The translations under genes were made by a program, and so were the position numbers. Shown one piece after another: positions 11,251 to 25,280 of a DNA stretch of 64,000 nt. Under the pieces are notes generated by a model. The model was given only the letters and a program-made list of their open reading frames with translations, made no database searches and was not told the origin of the DNA. The stretch is from Amphiscolops sp. MND2022 (taxonomy: Eukaryota): the NCBI GenBank assembly GCA_964187785.1, contig OZ076409.1:45696001-45760000 (forward strand), in the 5' to 3' direction. The number at the start of each line of letters is the position of its first letter. The stretch's first letter is position 1.

Positions 11251-13229
11251 CAGCACTTGTCCGGTATTGTAGAATATAATGTGCAGTACTGTGATTAAGA
11301 AAACGTCCCCCGGACAATTTTAGGCTCGATTTTCTTGAAATCAGTTGTAAATTTTGAAAAACATCAGAAATAAAAGTTTCATCTAGTTTACCTTAGTATT
11401 TTAAAAAAAATTTGAAACAAAAATGGGAAAGTTACAAATAGTTGATTTTGAGCGAAATTTTTACTTTTTGCCGTTTCTCCAAGTTTTATGCTCAATTAAC
11501 TCTCCCAAACCTACTGAAATTATGGATACATTTTGATTTCAAAAATGATCAACCATTTTCGAGATATCATGCTCGAAAGGTAAAATTTTCGTCGATTTGC
11601 ATGGATTAAGATTAACGTTACGTTTCGCGGTGAAAAAGTGCAATTAATTTTTCATTTATAATGCTTTTGGAGCACAAAATACATAACTGAATTCTAGAGA
11701 ATCTGCAGAATCCGATGATTTTAAACGTTTAAAGAAAAAAATCAAAAACCTGCCCAAAACTGGGAAAATAGCAGAAGTGTTTTTTCTGTGTCTGAGAGTT
11801 CACTTGATGCGTTTCATGCTTCACATGTACACGAAGTCAAATTTTCGTTCAAAACAGTCGTGGATCAATCACAGACGTCAGTCAATAACAACAGTGCACG
11901 ATGAAGTGTCAACAAAGAGATCCGGACCGCTCAAACGGACGACACAACAGAAGCCACACCGACAGAGTGAACACTCAAACTAAAACTCTGTGAAACACTT
12001 TGCAATCTATACTCTGACGTTCTCTATCCAACTTTATTACTCTCATTCTCTCGCTCTTAATAATAAAATCTTTGCTTTCTCTTTTCAACTTTGAAATCAC
12101 CAAAAGGAGCGAACCCGCTAGACTGAAGATGCCTGTACGAAACTAAATTGAGTTCAACATAATTGAAGTTTTCTTTATTTCTTGAGTTTATGAAATAATA
12201 CCAAAATGATGCTCTATGACAATGCGCCAACAAAAATTGGGAGGTGATGCAGCAAGCCGACACGCCATTAAATCGACATGTCAACAATCCGACAGTAGAT
12301 ATAATAGCTAGCGAAAAGAACGGCACAATTCATTCAAGTTTGAATCCCAAGTTTGGAATGAACACTTTACCAATCAGATAATTCGTGTCCGCTTCTTGAC
12401 TCAATTTTCAATGGTCGGTTTGATGGGCTTGCTGCGCGCCTCTCCAAAATTGGAAGTTACAGCAAATAATATTGATAACGACGCTCAACGCATAGGGGGA
12501 CGATTTCTTAATCACAGTACTATATGTATTATCTTGTACCTTTAACTGAATACTCGAGTAACGGTACAAGCTACGGCAATACACGTCAAATCACTGAATG
12601 GAACATTAGTTTTTCATAACTATTTTTTTGCACCAGAGTTATCTCGCAGATCAACCAGTTCATTACTTCGTGTTAAGTGCTAGAAGTATGCAAGTTCGTT
12701 CGATTCTGGCTCAACGTAGACCTGTATTTTTCTCAGGCTTTGAGCATTTTCGGGCCAAATGGTCCACTAGATCCGTTACACAACGGATGGATTGGACACC
12801 GAATCAAACAGTTTACAAAATTATTCTTCTCTTTTACCAACGAATTAGTTCAAATTGTGTTGAACAGAGGTAGCATGCTAACACTTCAAAAACTTTTCAG
12901 TCTACTTTCTTGAACTAGTTAAATGTGTTTTTAAACGAGTCGTGGTCAACTGATGAGTACGCACGTTGTGAACAATGTTTGAACAAACCTTACCGATCAT
13001 CTTTAAAACATCTTGGAAAGTCAAACAATTACACAGATTCGAATCGTGGAGGTAAAACTGGTTAGGTAACACTGAATGAAATTTTTTGGCTGAAATGATC
13101 TTGTGAGGGTTCAAAAAAACGACAATAAATCAGGTGTATAGTCTAAATAATCCATGCAGTGTTGACTAATTCGATTAATTGGAGCTTGAGCGGAATGCGT
13201 CTGTTATTAAACCACTCTTTTCCAACTAT

Positions 13230-16200
13230 AGTTTTTCAACTCGAAACTCAAAAAACTCGACCATCTACCCGAGAATACCACTGATGAACAACTCATAACC
13301 GGTTTCACCAAACTCCATGATGAATACGATGACCTGACTGACAAATTCTCCAGAATGCAGAAATCTGCAACTGCCAACCGGCCGATCCAAACCATGGGAG
13401 TCTACAACGTGAACGACTGTCAACAAATTGTCAAAAGAACAATCGACGACTCCTCAGATGAAAAGCACGTACATTGCAGTAATTCTGATCCAGTTCTTTC
13501 CGACAAAGAAACAAATGATCAACAGCAATATCCTGGTGGATCACAGCTAAACACCAGTCTGCATCAACCAACTTCTTCCAAAGCACGAACATCGTCACAA
13601 GACACCCTCTCTCATCTTACTCGACCCAAATTGAAAATTGAACCGTACGATGGAGATCCCATGAAATGGAATTTGTGGTATGGTCTTTTTTTACAACCGT
13701 CATACACAACCAACCCATTTCTTTAGCAGAGAAAATGACATCTCCAGACTTTTACCACCGGAAAAGCAAATCAGGCTGTTTCAGCCTTTTCCTGCAAGAG
13801 CCAAATGTACCACGCAGCACTTGCAGAGCTACAACGCCGTTTCGGAAGACCTGAAATAATTGTGAATGAACTTCTTCACCTCCTCCAGAATTTTCGTCAA
13901 CCATCGATAGAGCAACTTCACACCTCTACAGAGTTTCCAACTTCCATCAATAATCCCGTGGAAAAACCAGTCGCAAGGTTTCACTAATGACCTGAATTCG
14001 ACACTTTACGTACAACTTGCCATTAACAAGCTGCCCCCTACTCAGAGTTTACAGTGGACACAGTACGCTGTGAGTAACGATTCACAACAACCAAGCCTCT
14101 TCCATTTCAACATTTGGATCAGACAGTTCGTACTCGCTTGTAATAACCTGCCTTTCAATCTCGACGATCGCCCGACTTCCAGCTCAATTTCGAAGAACCA
14201 GATATCAAGAGTAACACCAGTCAAACAACATCGAACTATATGCCCATTCGACAATTTGGATCATCACCCAGCGCATTGCTCCACCAAGGATGCAAGCCTT
14301 GAACAGAGACGCCAAATGGTATTAGACAAAAAACTTTGTCTCAATTGTTTAGGACAACACTTGAAGACTGATTGTAAACCACAACACTCTTGCCGTTCGT
14401 GCAGCCGCAAGCATCACTCATCTTTACACGACGACAACTGAAATAAATCTCGACAAACACTTGAACAAACCAAGGACAACAAATTCCAGACTGACAACAA
14501 AAACATTCGCTAGTAAGACGAAGCCCAATCAAAGTACTCAATTCGCAGATAGCTCCTCAACCGACAAAACAACGCCAGCCGCAAAAGCTAGCATCGGTGC
14601 CCCGTTGATGGTAGTACCTGTAACATTGGAAAATGACAATACTTTCGTTTGCACACACGCTTTCCTTGACACCGGCAGTACATGTAGCTGTCTAGTCTCC
14701 CATACTGCAAACAGTTTGAATTGCACTGTCAAAGAACCAGTCGTGAAACTCGAAATTGGAGGTTTTTAGAATCGAAAACCTTGGCAACAAAAAGAGTGTC
14801 TCTTCGGTTCAGAACAAAAAGTTCATCCCTTCGGTAACATCGCCGAATCCTTCAACCTCAGTCAAATTTTTGTCTTACCATCCTTCAACCTCGCCGATGT
14901 CGATACCCATTCTCTCAACGCCATATGTCAACAGAACCCAGTCTCTGGGGTTATTATCCGTTAAATCTCCACGGAATTATTTTCCTCAGCTACTACATAA
15001 CAAGATTGGACTTATCTTGGGACAAGATAACTTTGATCTTATAGCAGCTCGAAGAGTTTTCAAGGGCGATTCAAACGCCCATCGCGCTGTTCCAACCGAC
15101 ATAGGTTAGAATATTGACGGACCCCATGATAGCCGGTACCAACAATCCACCTTTTACGCCACAATGTTCCAATGTCTTGAACTGTCAACGAGGACCACGA
15201 CGATGATTTGTACAAACTTGTCCTATCGTTTTGGAGAATGGAAAGCTTGGGGATCAATCCTGAAGTTACCATGGCGAAAGATGAAAGACCTGAAAACTCT
15301 TCGCGACACAATTCGTTTCGTTGACAACCGATACGAAGTCGGAGTACTTTGGAAGCTGAACTCCCAAAACAATTTCGCCGCCGCTCATCAGAAAAACAAA
15401 AGAATGAAACAATGACTTATGCTTGATCCTGTCACATATGATCGATATTCCGCCATCATCGAGAAAGATCTTAGCTGTGGTTATATCCGCCGAATTCTCC
15501 ACGATGAAGTTCCATCAGCTGGATGGCTCCCACCAGAGCACGAAGTCCTTCACCCAAACAAACGGTTTTTCTGAACCACATGCTCTTAACTGGACCCGAT
15601 TTACTCGCCAACCTCCTTCGAATCATTCTGCGATTTCGCGAAAAAAGATACCCACTTTCCACTGACATTGGAGCAACGTACATGCAGGTATCGGTGCGCC
15701 CCGCAGACAGGAAATTCCTACAATTTCTATGAGTCGAAACTGAACCCCACTTTTTCGAATACCTTTTTCCGTCTTTGGAGCAAAATGCTCTCCAACATGC
15801 GCTATTTTTGCTGCGTAAACGTGTCGACGATCATTTTGACGAATATCCGCACGTTAAACCCATCGTTCGAGACGATTGTAACATGAATGATCTTTTCGTT
15901 TCTACCGACACGATTCAAGAAGCTATCAGTATCATCCAGGATTTGCGACTCGTCCATTCACGAGAAGGGTTTGATCTGACAAAATAGACTAGCAACTCTC
16001 CCGAAATTTCGAACGACATTCTGCCCGATCATCGCGCTTTGTCCTTCGATGAAATGGATTGGAAACTAGGAGTGGATTGGAAACTCGCCACAGACGAACT
16101 GGAATTTTCGCCTACCACGCTAATTAGTCAGTATCACGCCAAACCTACACAACGATCCCTCCACCGCGCAACATCCTCCGTGTTGGACTCCTCAGGAATC

Positions 16201-18730
16201 GCTGCACCCCTTACAATCCGTTTTCGCATAATCCAACAAACTATCTGGCGTCAAGGATTGAAATGGGACGACGAAACAACACACATCGTTTTACCCGATT
16301 TTTTTTTCGATACAATCGCTGAATTGCAAGAACTGTCTGCCGTCGCTATACCGACACGATTGTTTCCTGACAAATATCAGGCTCCATGTGTTCACCGACG
16401 CGTCTTATTCTGCACTCGCCGCTGTCGCACATTGCCTTTACCAACAATCGCTAACATCGCTGCGCGAAGTTTTTTCGTACTAGGCAAAGCCCGAATTGCG
16501 CCTTTCCAGCAACACACCATCGCCAAATTCGAACTACAAGCAGCCCTTTTGGGTTCGCGTCGCGCTAAGTTCATTCAACGCGATCAGCGTCTAACAATCA
16601 ACGCGATCCACATTTGGACAGACAGCACAACTGTCTTACAATGGATCTATGGATCTCATCAACGTCTACAAGTTTTTGTTGCCAATAGGGTAGCGGAAAA
16701 ACTCGAGAACACGCAAGCACATCACTAGAATCATTGTCCTGGTGAAAGGAAACCCGCTGATGATAGTACACGTGGAATTCCTTTTCGCGATTTTCACTAC
16801 GGTACTGTTTGGTTCCAAGGACCTGAGTTCTTGAAAAAACCAGCGTCAGACTGGCCACTCGACCCTGCTCACCCGCAAGCATGTCCAAAAGTGAGCGCGT
16901 CCTTCTCATCGGCCGGCCCAACAGCACAAGTAAATTCCTCTCCGGGAATTGGAGTCGCACAAGAAGCCACAGACGTGGCAACAGATGACGCCGCAGACGT
17001 AGGAACAGATGATGCCGCAGCCGTAGCCACAGCAGTAAAAATAGAAAACAGCAGCCGAAGTAGCCAACAGCGATGGTGCCACAAAGGCCACAGTAGTCGC
17101 CACTGTGTCACCATTGCCCGAAACTACTGCACATTTTACTGTTCCTGCTGACTGTGACACCAACACAGTTAATGACACTGATTTTGGTCAATTGCCATCA
17201 GCAATCGTACCTCTCTACCGGGAAATCTCCAACACTTTTCGACCAACTCCGCTCATCGCAACATGAATGTTTCGCGAACGAAAATAAATCTTTATGCAAT
17301 CACAACCTCATCTCGTCAAAAAGCCGCCTACGACGTTTGAAACCCTTCCTTGACTCAACACAATCCCTTCGCGCTGAAGGTCGTTTACGAAAATCGCTCT
17401 TCGACTACTGTCTGAAACATCCTATGATACTGGATGGACAGCACCACATAGTTCACCTTTTCATCACTTTTACTCACAACAGCAATGGTCATACCCGCCA
17501 GAAACAAACTCAATATATTCTGCTCGAATTTTGAACACCGGGTCCATAATAAAGAAAATCATTCGCCGCTGTTATGATTACAGACGTGAATACGTTTAGG
17601 CTGCATACCCAGAAACGTCAAATCTCCCTACGTACCTGTTTCCTGCCAAGCAAACCATTCCCTTCCAGCAAACTGGACTGGACGTCCCTTCGCTTCAAAA
17701 ACACCTTCGCAAACTTACGACAAACGCTACGGTTTGATTTTAACCTACCTGGCCACTCGAGCAGTACACACAGAAACGTGCCGTAATTTATCCCTCGATG
17801 CAACCATGACCGCTTTATGTCGTTTTTTCGCACGCCGTGGCCAACCACACTTGTTAATTTCTGTAAATGGTACGAATTTCACCGCTTCAGAAAAAGAATT
17901 GTTGAAACTTTTCCATCAACCATCTCTGCAAGATTTCTTCGGTCAACGAGAAATTCATTGGATCTTCAACCCACCGGAAGCGCCTCTGGTTCCCACCGAT
18001 TTCGGGGGCCTCTGAGAACGACTCATTCGTTCTTGCAAAGAGGCATTTCACGCCATTTCGGGCAGCAAGGCTCTAACAGATGACACGTTTCACACCCTGC
18101 TAACCGAAAAGGAACATTTCATGAGCTATCAACCTTTGACAGCTGTCTTCGACTGTGGAGACATTGAGCCACTAACCCCAATCATTTTTTGCTGGGGAGA
18201 GCCTACAGCAACGTTCCACTCAGCTCAGCCTATCAGTCTCCTTTATCAATCACTTAACAGTGGAAGTATCCTCAGCAACTTGCTGACCATCTATGGAACA
18301 GTCTTCAAAAAGTTCTATTCCTCCTTAAGTCCGAGACAAAAAATGGACAGCCGTCTCAAAACCACTGAAAAAAGGTTCAGTCGTCTGAATTTTACAGAAA
18401 TTTACTCCTCGAGGCCCTTGGCCGTTGGGCCGTATTAATTCTCCTGTCTCTCACGGCAAAGAAGTTTTCAGGTCAGCACAGACAATACAAAGTCCGAACA
18501 CCGAGAGGAGAACAAGTAATTCCAGCTATCCGATTGTCTGCTCTGCAAACTAGTGAATGAAAGATGGTAAAGATCATCTATTCACAGAGAGGTAATGAAA
18601 GAATCCAATCGTATCTAGATATGAACTTAATTTTCTTGAACTGATTATTTAGATATCAAACGTTTTTCTAAGCAGTTTTTTCCTTCATTCCCCCATTTTT
18701 TTAATTAAGTTTTTGCAAACTGAGGCTGGG
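13230..18730 (+). mobile_element. Degenerate BEL/Pao LTR retrotransposon internal region, 5' truncated
   Basis: Gag KLKIEPYDGDPMKW, three Cys/His knuckles (CPFDNLDHHPAHC, CLNCLGQHLKTDC, CRSCSRKHHSSLH), protease AFLDTGS, RT LLTGPDLL, RNase H WTDST/FVANRV, integrase ATRAVH and RRGQP..LIS.NGTNF; many frameshifts. Confidence 0.95.
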
Positions 18731-19080
18731 TGTAAACTCTTCGGATTTCAACGATGAATCACGACATGAACGAACTTAAAAACCCAATCAAGAACAACTA
18801 CTTGAACTCAATCTGGATTTGAAAACTAGCTCTAAACTGACGAACTATTTTTTCAATGATTTACCATTTTGAGAAAACTTGATGAAATTGAACTATATTG
18901 AATAAGGATTCCATTGAATAGAAAAAGATAGACCCAGATTGATTGGAACGATCTATCCTTTCTTTACCGTTTCTTTTGCAATGGAATATCCAGCCCTACC
19001 AATCAATCTGGGCCGCTCTAAACGAGCCAACAGCAAGTGAAAGATAATCTAAAGTCAAAGATGTTCCAAAATTTTAAACA
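18731..19080 (+). repeat. 3' LTR of the BEL/Pao element
   Basis: TGTAAA...TTTAAACA termini after purine-rich GAGGCTGGG; homologous to 57010-57251, which precedes a PBS in the second copy. Confidence 0.85.
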
Positions 19081-20176
19081 GGCAGTCATGCCTAATTTCC
19101 GCATCTTTTCTGAATTCCCAACCACTGATTCGATAGTGTTTTCAAGAACTTTGAGGAAATGGCCACAAAAGTAAACCTTAATGCGCAAGAAGTTGAAAAA
19201 AAATAAATGCTGATTCATATCGAAAATTGGTTCAACAGATTCGGTTTCAAAAAATTCAATCGGGTATTGTTGAAAAATCTGTTTAAAAGATTTGACACAA
19301 CATCTCTGCTTAAGAGGGCGTTTTCTCAATAGATCTGCGAGCGTTAAAATCAAATTGAGCGTTGGTTCAAAAACTGGTTTAATTGTCAAAAACTTTCAAT
19401 GTGTTTGTTAAAGAAAGATTAGGTTTGATTTAACTGGATATTGTTCTCAAGGGTACATTTATGTAGTCTTGGATATAGTTTTTCCGATACTGTTTCAGTT
19501 TGAAAAAACTTGAAATAACAAGAAAGTAGTCTGAACCATTAAAACAGTCCTTGAATCCCTTCAATACTTCTTTTTTTCGTAAAGTATATTTCTCACCTCT
19601 AGATTTATATAAAACTCGATGAAGCAAAAAGCAGCATATTTAGTCACTTTTTGTAACAACGTACCCGATTATTACAGTGGAAAGTTAAAGTTTTCTTCTG
19701 TCTCAAAACACAGACCTCATATTCGGTATGCAAATTATTGGAAACACTTTTCAATTTAAGGCACAGCTTGCGTTTCAGAAGGAGTTAACAAGTATATAAG
19801 GCTCTTGTGGCGGAATAGACTGTCAGTAACTATTCTTGCTGGAAACAACGGCGAAATAGCACAGCTGAAAAGCAGTGTCTGAGTTTTGTCACCCCCGCGC
19901 CAGTTTTTCGCCTTGATGGCTAGTTCAGCGAGTTCTCCAAAACCTTCTCCAAAAAAAATTGTCGCAAGTGTAATCAGTTAAATCGGACGAATTCAAGCAC
20001 CGAAATGCAAACCCTCAAAAACTAGAGGTATGAAAGAAAAAAGCACTCCATTAACAAGATCAATTCAATAGACATTTAGGAAAAACAAGGCATGTATAGA
20101 AATAAATAGCATTATATTGAACAAAAATTAAAGACTTGCAACGAAGGTTTTGTATACGACACAAAACAGCCAGTTC

Positions 20177-20281
20177 TCACATCGCAACTGTTAGAGCATG
20201 GCATATACAGCTGGACAGGAAGTATCTCTGTTTATTGAGGTCTCCTTCTTGAGAAATTGACTGAGCAGCTTCTGCCAAGGG
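20177..20281 (-). CDS. MED14: MED14 coding exon 13 (probable last exon)
   Basis: tatttttAG acceptor; phase-0 frame PLAEAAQ...VAM-stop. Weak similarity; another frame is also open. Confidence 0.55.
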   Translation of the reverse strand, partial: PLAEAAQSISQEGDLNKQRYFLSSCICHALTVAM

Positions 20282-20681
20282 CTAAAAATATCAAAAATTG
20301 ATTTTCACGACGACTTCGTGTCTCCAATTTGTAGAATCAAAACACAAAAAAACTTGTCATATAATAAACACATTAAGTATGACTCTGTATACCATCGTTA
20401 TCTTGAACGAAACATTTTTTCGAGCAGAAAAACGTACGAATAAAAACCAAGTGATAAAAATCGCCACCTTCCGGGGTCAGTAATATTTTCGAAACTGCAA
20501 AAATTCCATGTCAAAAACTATATTTATAATTTCCAAGATAGTTTTCCCGGATTCATCTCATATTATGAAAACGTCCACGAGTTAACTTTTCAATTCCTTA
20601 CATTGCACTACAATTTTCACATCAGAAGGCCACTTTTTGTTCAATTTGTTTCTAATTACGTAGTAAGCAATCCAAAAAATG

Positions 20682-21268
20682 ACAAGACGGGAACGTCTAA
20701 AGTCGGCGCCATATCCAAGGCTCAAAAAGCGCAAAGTTTTTAAAATTGTAGAAGGGGGGACTCTTTGGGCTTTTTGCAAAAACCAGTTTGTTGCAAAATA
20801 TTAAAAAATGAAGGAGCGACCCTTCGGAGACATTGAAAAATTTCGTTTTTTTTTTAAATTTCCAAAAAAAACGAAAAATGAGAATTTTTAACAGTCTCAT
20901 AGTGCCGAAAAATGTAAAAGGGGGTTCTTTAGGCTTTTTCAACATCCATTCAGGTGCAAAACACCAAAAAAATTAGAAGGGGGGACCTTTTGAAGACTTT
21001 AAAAAATTTCGAAAAAAAGTTTCACAAAGCCGAAAAAAGGGGCGGGGAAAGTCTCATAGCGCCGAAAAATTGGAAGGGGGGCCCTTCTGGTTTTTGCATT
21101 TCAAGGTAAAGGCATTTGGATGCGTTCAAAATCAAGTACTGAGTACTTTTGGTAAAAGTGAATCTTTCACAAAAAGTGGTATATACGCGATGAGTGAAAA
21201 GTCTGACGAAAAAAAACTAGCCACTGTAATAGTCGGGCTCTTTTCACTAGAAAAGCGCCGACTAAAAA
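20682..21268 (-). mobile_element. Helentron-like non-autonomous element, family B (subTIR AGTCGGCGC), full length
   Basis: Minus strand: TTTTT-AGTCGGCGC with adjacent inverted copy at the 5' end; GCGCCGACT, hairpin AGACG-TTCC-CGTCT and T-rich tail at the 3' end; no TSD. Confidence 0.8.
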
Positions 21269-21494
21269 TGGTCCAACTTTAGTTGGTACTGTAGAATTCT
21301 AGAAAATATACTTTTGATTCATGCTTTCCGAAGAATTGATTTTCTTTGGAACACACGGCGTGAGAATTATTCAGTAAAGTTTTATTTTCTGATTTTATAT
21401 GGGCAATTATAGGCAAGCGCAAGTCACTTCCTAAATTCTAAGTTTTATTTGATCGATATTTTCAGACAATTAAGATAACAGGAAGAGTAGTAAC

Positions 21495-21649
21495 CTGGTC
21501 GAATAAACAATTGCTAATGGCCGGATTGATCACTTTTGATTTCCAGTTGTAACTCAGGGGAAGGTCTAGCTTCCTGCCAGAAGCTTTGCACTCACACACG
21601 AGGAATAAGACCACCGAGTCCGACTGTGATCTCCGAATGCCGGTCACAC
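21495..21649 (-). CDS. MED14: MED14 coding exon 12
   Basis: GVTGIRRSQSDSVVLFLVCECK...LDLPLSYNW resembles the MED14 C-terminal region; AG/GT sites and phases 1/0 fit neighbours. Confidence 0.7.
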
Positions 21650-22036
21650 CTACACATGACAACGAGAATTGAAATGACATACTTCGAAACCAAGCCAATT
21701 TAATGCAAAATAATTACAAAAATGGTATGTTAAAATTTATATATTCAATCAGTGTCTCCCAGAGAGTAACTCAGCGGCGATTAAGGATGGTTAATCCTAT
21801 GAATTATGAACGGAAAAAGGAAAAGTAAGCAGGAGTATGATTTTGTATTTGATGAATTTAGAAAAATAGGCTACAATTTAAGCGGCCAACATTTGAAAAA
21901 CTTGCATAGCTTGAAGTGGTTTAGTATCATTTCACCCCACATTCATTTCACTTCACGTTCATTTCACCCCACGTTCATTTAACCACACGTTCATTTCACC
22001 CCCACGATAATTTCACCCCATCTTCATTTGGCATAA

Positions 22037-22663
22037 CGACAACTCATATCAAGCGACAGCTCATACCAAATCGAGAAGGCGACAACTCATCAATTGTGAA
22101 AAAGCGACAACTCATCAATATCAGCATGAAGGTGACTTGTTTTAATAATGACGTCACCGCTAGTTGAGTCAGTCAATGCAACACTTTTGCATCCTGCCAC
22201 ATCACATCGCCAAGATTTCATTCCACTTTTGTTGACTCTGTAGTAGTTGTAGTAAAATCCGTCGTGCACCAGTTCCTTAACTCCGCGTTGAGACAAAACA
22301 AAATTCAGTGGAATTTTCAATTTGGAAAAGAAATTTAGTTCCAATAGTTCGAAACTATTACTTTTTGGAAAGTTAAAACTGGAATGGCTTCAGAAAAATG
22401 GCGGAGAGTGTATATACACCTTACCAATTTTCTACCTGTTCGCGCAATTACCACTTCCGGATTTTGAAATAGGTTAGTTAATTCAACGTTCATTTGGTGT
22501 AATAGTGGTAATAGCCACTAATTCGTGATCAAATTGACTGAGACGCTCTTTGAGCGATGATTTATTTGATTGAAAATTAGCATCAGTTAACACCTGATAT
22601 GAGTTTTCAATTTCAATATATGATATGAGTTGTCGCGTTTTCAAATTGATATGAGTTGTCGCC
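22037..22663 (-). mobile_element. MULE-like deletion derivative with a FLYWCH zinc-finger remnant
   Basis: Inverted arrays of CGACAACTCAT / ATGAGTTGTCG; ORF 22090-22344 reads SQRG...LVHDGFYY...WRC...C...HLH (FLYWCH pattern). Confidence 0.75.
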
Positions 22664-22728
22664 GTACGGTTCATTTCAACCCTGATTTAAATTATCAAAT
22701 GCGTCTCAGATTAATGACTATTGCCACA

Positions 22729-24614
22729 CAGGGTTGCTTCAAAAACGTATAAAAGAATTTTTATACGTTCAAAACGTTTTAAACGTTTAAAAACCGTTTT
22801 AAAACACATTCGAAGATTGAAAAACTTTATTCCGAAAAAGAACTTTTATTTAACAATCTCATGCAAAATGCAAGTTTCCGGACTCTTTCCGGATCCAGTC
22901 AATCCCGAATATCGGAATGCACGTATCCCATGGACGAGAACAGCCTTTCCAGTCCAGCAGATGATGGCGCCATAGCAATAAACTCTTCAATTAGTTGGCC
23001 TAATCGTGCTGGAATGTTGCCGAGAAGTACCTGAGCCTTAACAAAGTTGCTCAGTTTGACTGACTCAAACTTCTTGAATTCCTCAAGGAATTTCGATTTT
23101 CCTCTGCCGATAAAAGTTAGAAAGTCATGTTTTTCACCAGGGCGATTGTTGTCAATCCAATTCTCAGCCCTTTGGAGCTCGGACTGGGTTAACTTCTCGC
23201 CTCCATACTTTGGATGAAGCACATTAGCGGCGAACCAAACATCGGGCAACGATCTTTCATACCTCGTTTCGGCGCTAGCCAACCATTCCCTTTGCTCCGA
23301 CGACCTGTAGTTTTCCAACAACGTTTTCCAGATGTCTACACCGTCCGCAATGCAGACATTATTACCCTGGATAGTATCAAGGGCTTCTGCGACTGGCTGC
23401 AGACACTTTTTTGCATCTTCAATTTGTTGAAAAATACACAAATCCTTTATTGTTTTTGCAATTGATTTTCCAGGACCATTGAAATACTCCGGATGCTCTT
23501 CCACAATTTTGCGCAATTTTTGCCACCCAGTTACAAACAAATCCAGAAGCTTAACGGAAGAATTCCAGCGAACCATACTTGGCAACTGAGGTTTCTGGAT
23601 ACCTTCTTGTTCTATCCATGCTTTCGGCTGGTGGCAATTCCGAAAAGTCTTTGCAACTTCCACAACTTTGTTAATCAAGGACAAGGGAACAAGGTCCTTT
23701 GCCAAAAGATTCAACTGATGCGCCTAACATCCATATTGCTCTACGCCCAGAACCTCTTTGACACGTTTCCGCATGGAGTTCATGTTCTCAGCATTGTCAG
23801 TGACTACAGCGCATACCTTAATTCCGTAGTTCTCTTTAGCCTTTTCAATGTGTTGCAATGCAATTTGGCACAAGTTTTCACCGGTATGTTTTTGATCTTC
23901 GGTGTCAATGATATCGACGATGTACACGTTATCATCCACTTGAACGGATGAGGCAACAATAGGGTCATTTGCAACATTCGACCAGCCATCCAAACAGAAC
24001 GTGGCAAACTTCCCATTAGTGTTTTTCTTTGCATTGTCCTGTAACTCCCCACAGACAGTGTCCAATAAATAGTTTGAAATTCGCATGCACATGGGTGGTT
24101 TGTATCCGGGATGAAGTTGAGAAACCAGGCTCTTGAAGGTGTCCGATTTTACTGCTTTAAAGGGAAAATTGTTTGCATAGAAGAACTTTGCTACCCCGAT
24201 ATCGAATTGTTCTTGCTGTGATTTAGATGTTTTCACCACAAAAGGTTCCATTTTACGCTGTTTAGGCGCAGTTGCGTCATCCTGGGCTGTTTTGGCATGA
24301 AATTTTGAATAATGCGTCTTCATCCGCTCCACCAAAGCGGCGAATTCACAACCACAGTCTTTGCATTTTGCTTTCCCGGTGTTCGTTTTCTCAAATTGAG
24401 TCCAAATTTGGTCTAGCGGTCTGCCCTTATTCATGACTACCTGAAAATGAACACTATTGGTACAGCTATTTCTTAGAAACGCGCACTTACAATTGTCTAT
24501 GATACACACAACTGTTTTAAAACATTACTAAGAAATGGCCTTGTTTTAAAACGGTTTTAAAACAGTGTTTTAAAACTGTTGAAAAACACCCCGTTTTAAA
24601 ACAGAGCAACCCTG
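22729..24614 (-). mobile_element. hAT DNA transposon, full length, with TIRs and 8-bp TSD
   Basis: TIRs CAGGGTTGCT / AGCAACCCTG; perfect TSD TTGCCACA at 22721-22728 and 24615-24622. Confidence 0.95.
22827..24434 (-). pseudogene. hAT transposase (BED finger, DUF659-type DDE core, hATC) with two in-frame stops
   Basis: W..F...AKCKDC...H BED finger, DGWSN, VTDNAENM, YGC*AHQLNL (TAG at 23724), PSSAGLERLFSSMG, IRD*LDPE (TGA at 22899); one frame throughout. Confidence 0.9.
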
Positions 24615-24868
24615 TTGCCACAGAATGTCAATCTAATAGAAAAGCGTCTTGAATCTAATTACCAATTAGATAAGCAAAGATGCTTGCAATGTGAGCCACA
24701 AAATCGGAACCGAAAAGTTTCACTCATCAGAATTGTAAAATTTCTGGACAAAGCGGTGAATTTTTTCAAACAATCAAGATCTTCAATTATGGATGCTACG
24801 AATCTTTAGCAAAAAAGTTCCTATTCCGTTTTTCTACAAAAAAATTCCTTCAGGCAAGAAGCACCATC

Positions 24869-25280
24869 GGCTCTTTTCTGTTCCCCCCCCCACCACCAAA
24901 ATTTTTGAAAATAACTTTCCTTAAAAACATTATACTATCCTAATTAAAAGTGGAAGCTTCTTTCATAACAGGAAGTTAACTTCCATTAGAGTAGTTTTCC
25001 GCTTGAACAAAACATTGTTCACACATTTTGACTATAATTATGTTCGTAATAAGTGTCTAATGAAGACTCAAAACAGGAAGCTGTTGATTTCTTTAACAAA
25101 AATGCGTAACTACATAGGGAAAAAGTGTGAACAAAGTTTGTATCTGAATCATAAACTGTCACCCTGAGAACAAATTTAAAACTGAAGCTTTCTTGTTTGT
25201 ATCCAAGTCTATTTGTTATAAGATTTTCACTCATTTTCGAAAAAAAAATTTTGGTGGTGGGGGGGGGGCAGAAAAGAGCC
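24869..25280. mobile_element. MITE with ~35-bp TIRs, GG termini and 8-bp TSD
   Basis: GGCTCTTTTCTG..CCCCCCCCCACCACCAAAATTTTT and its inverse; TSD GCACCATC / GCGCCATC. Confidence 0.85.

Noticed and set aside
11778..12160. 5' LTR of the first BEL/Pao element
   Set aside because: No similarity to its 3' LTR (18731-19080); could be an unrelated solo LTR, but no TSD found.
12200..13130. Decayed LINE reverse transcriptase on the minus strand
   Set aside because: Only faint motif echoes; not supportable without a profile search.
19018..19389. 123-aa ORF
   Set aside because: Non-ATG start, no motif, AT-rich, overlaps the LTR end.
21928..22120. CRISPR-like short repeat arrays
   Set aside because: No unique spacers of regular length, eukaryotic context, and mirrored by inverted arrays; these are transposon subterminal repeats.
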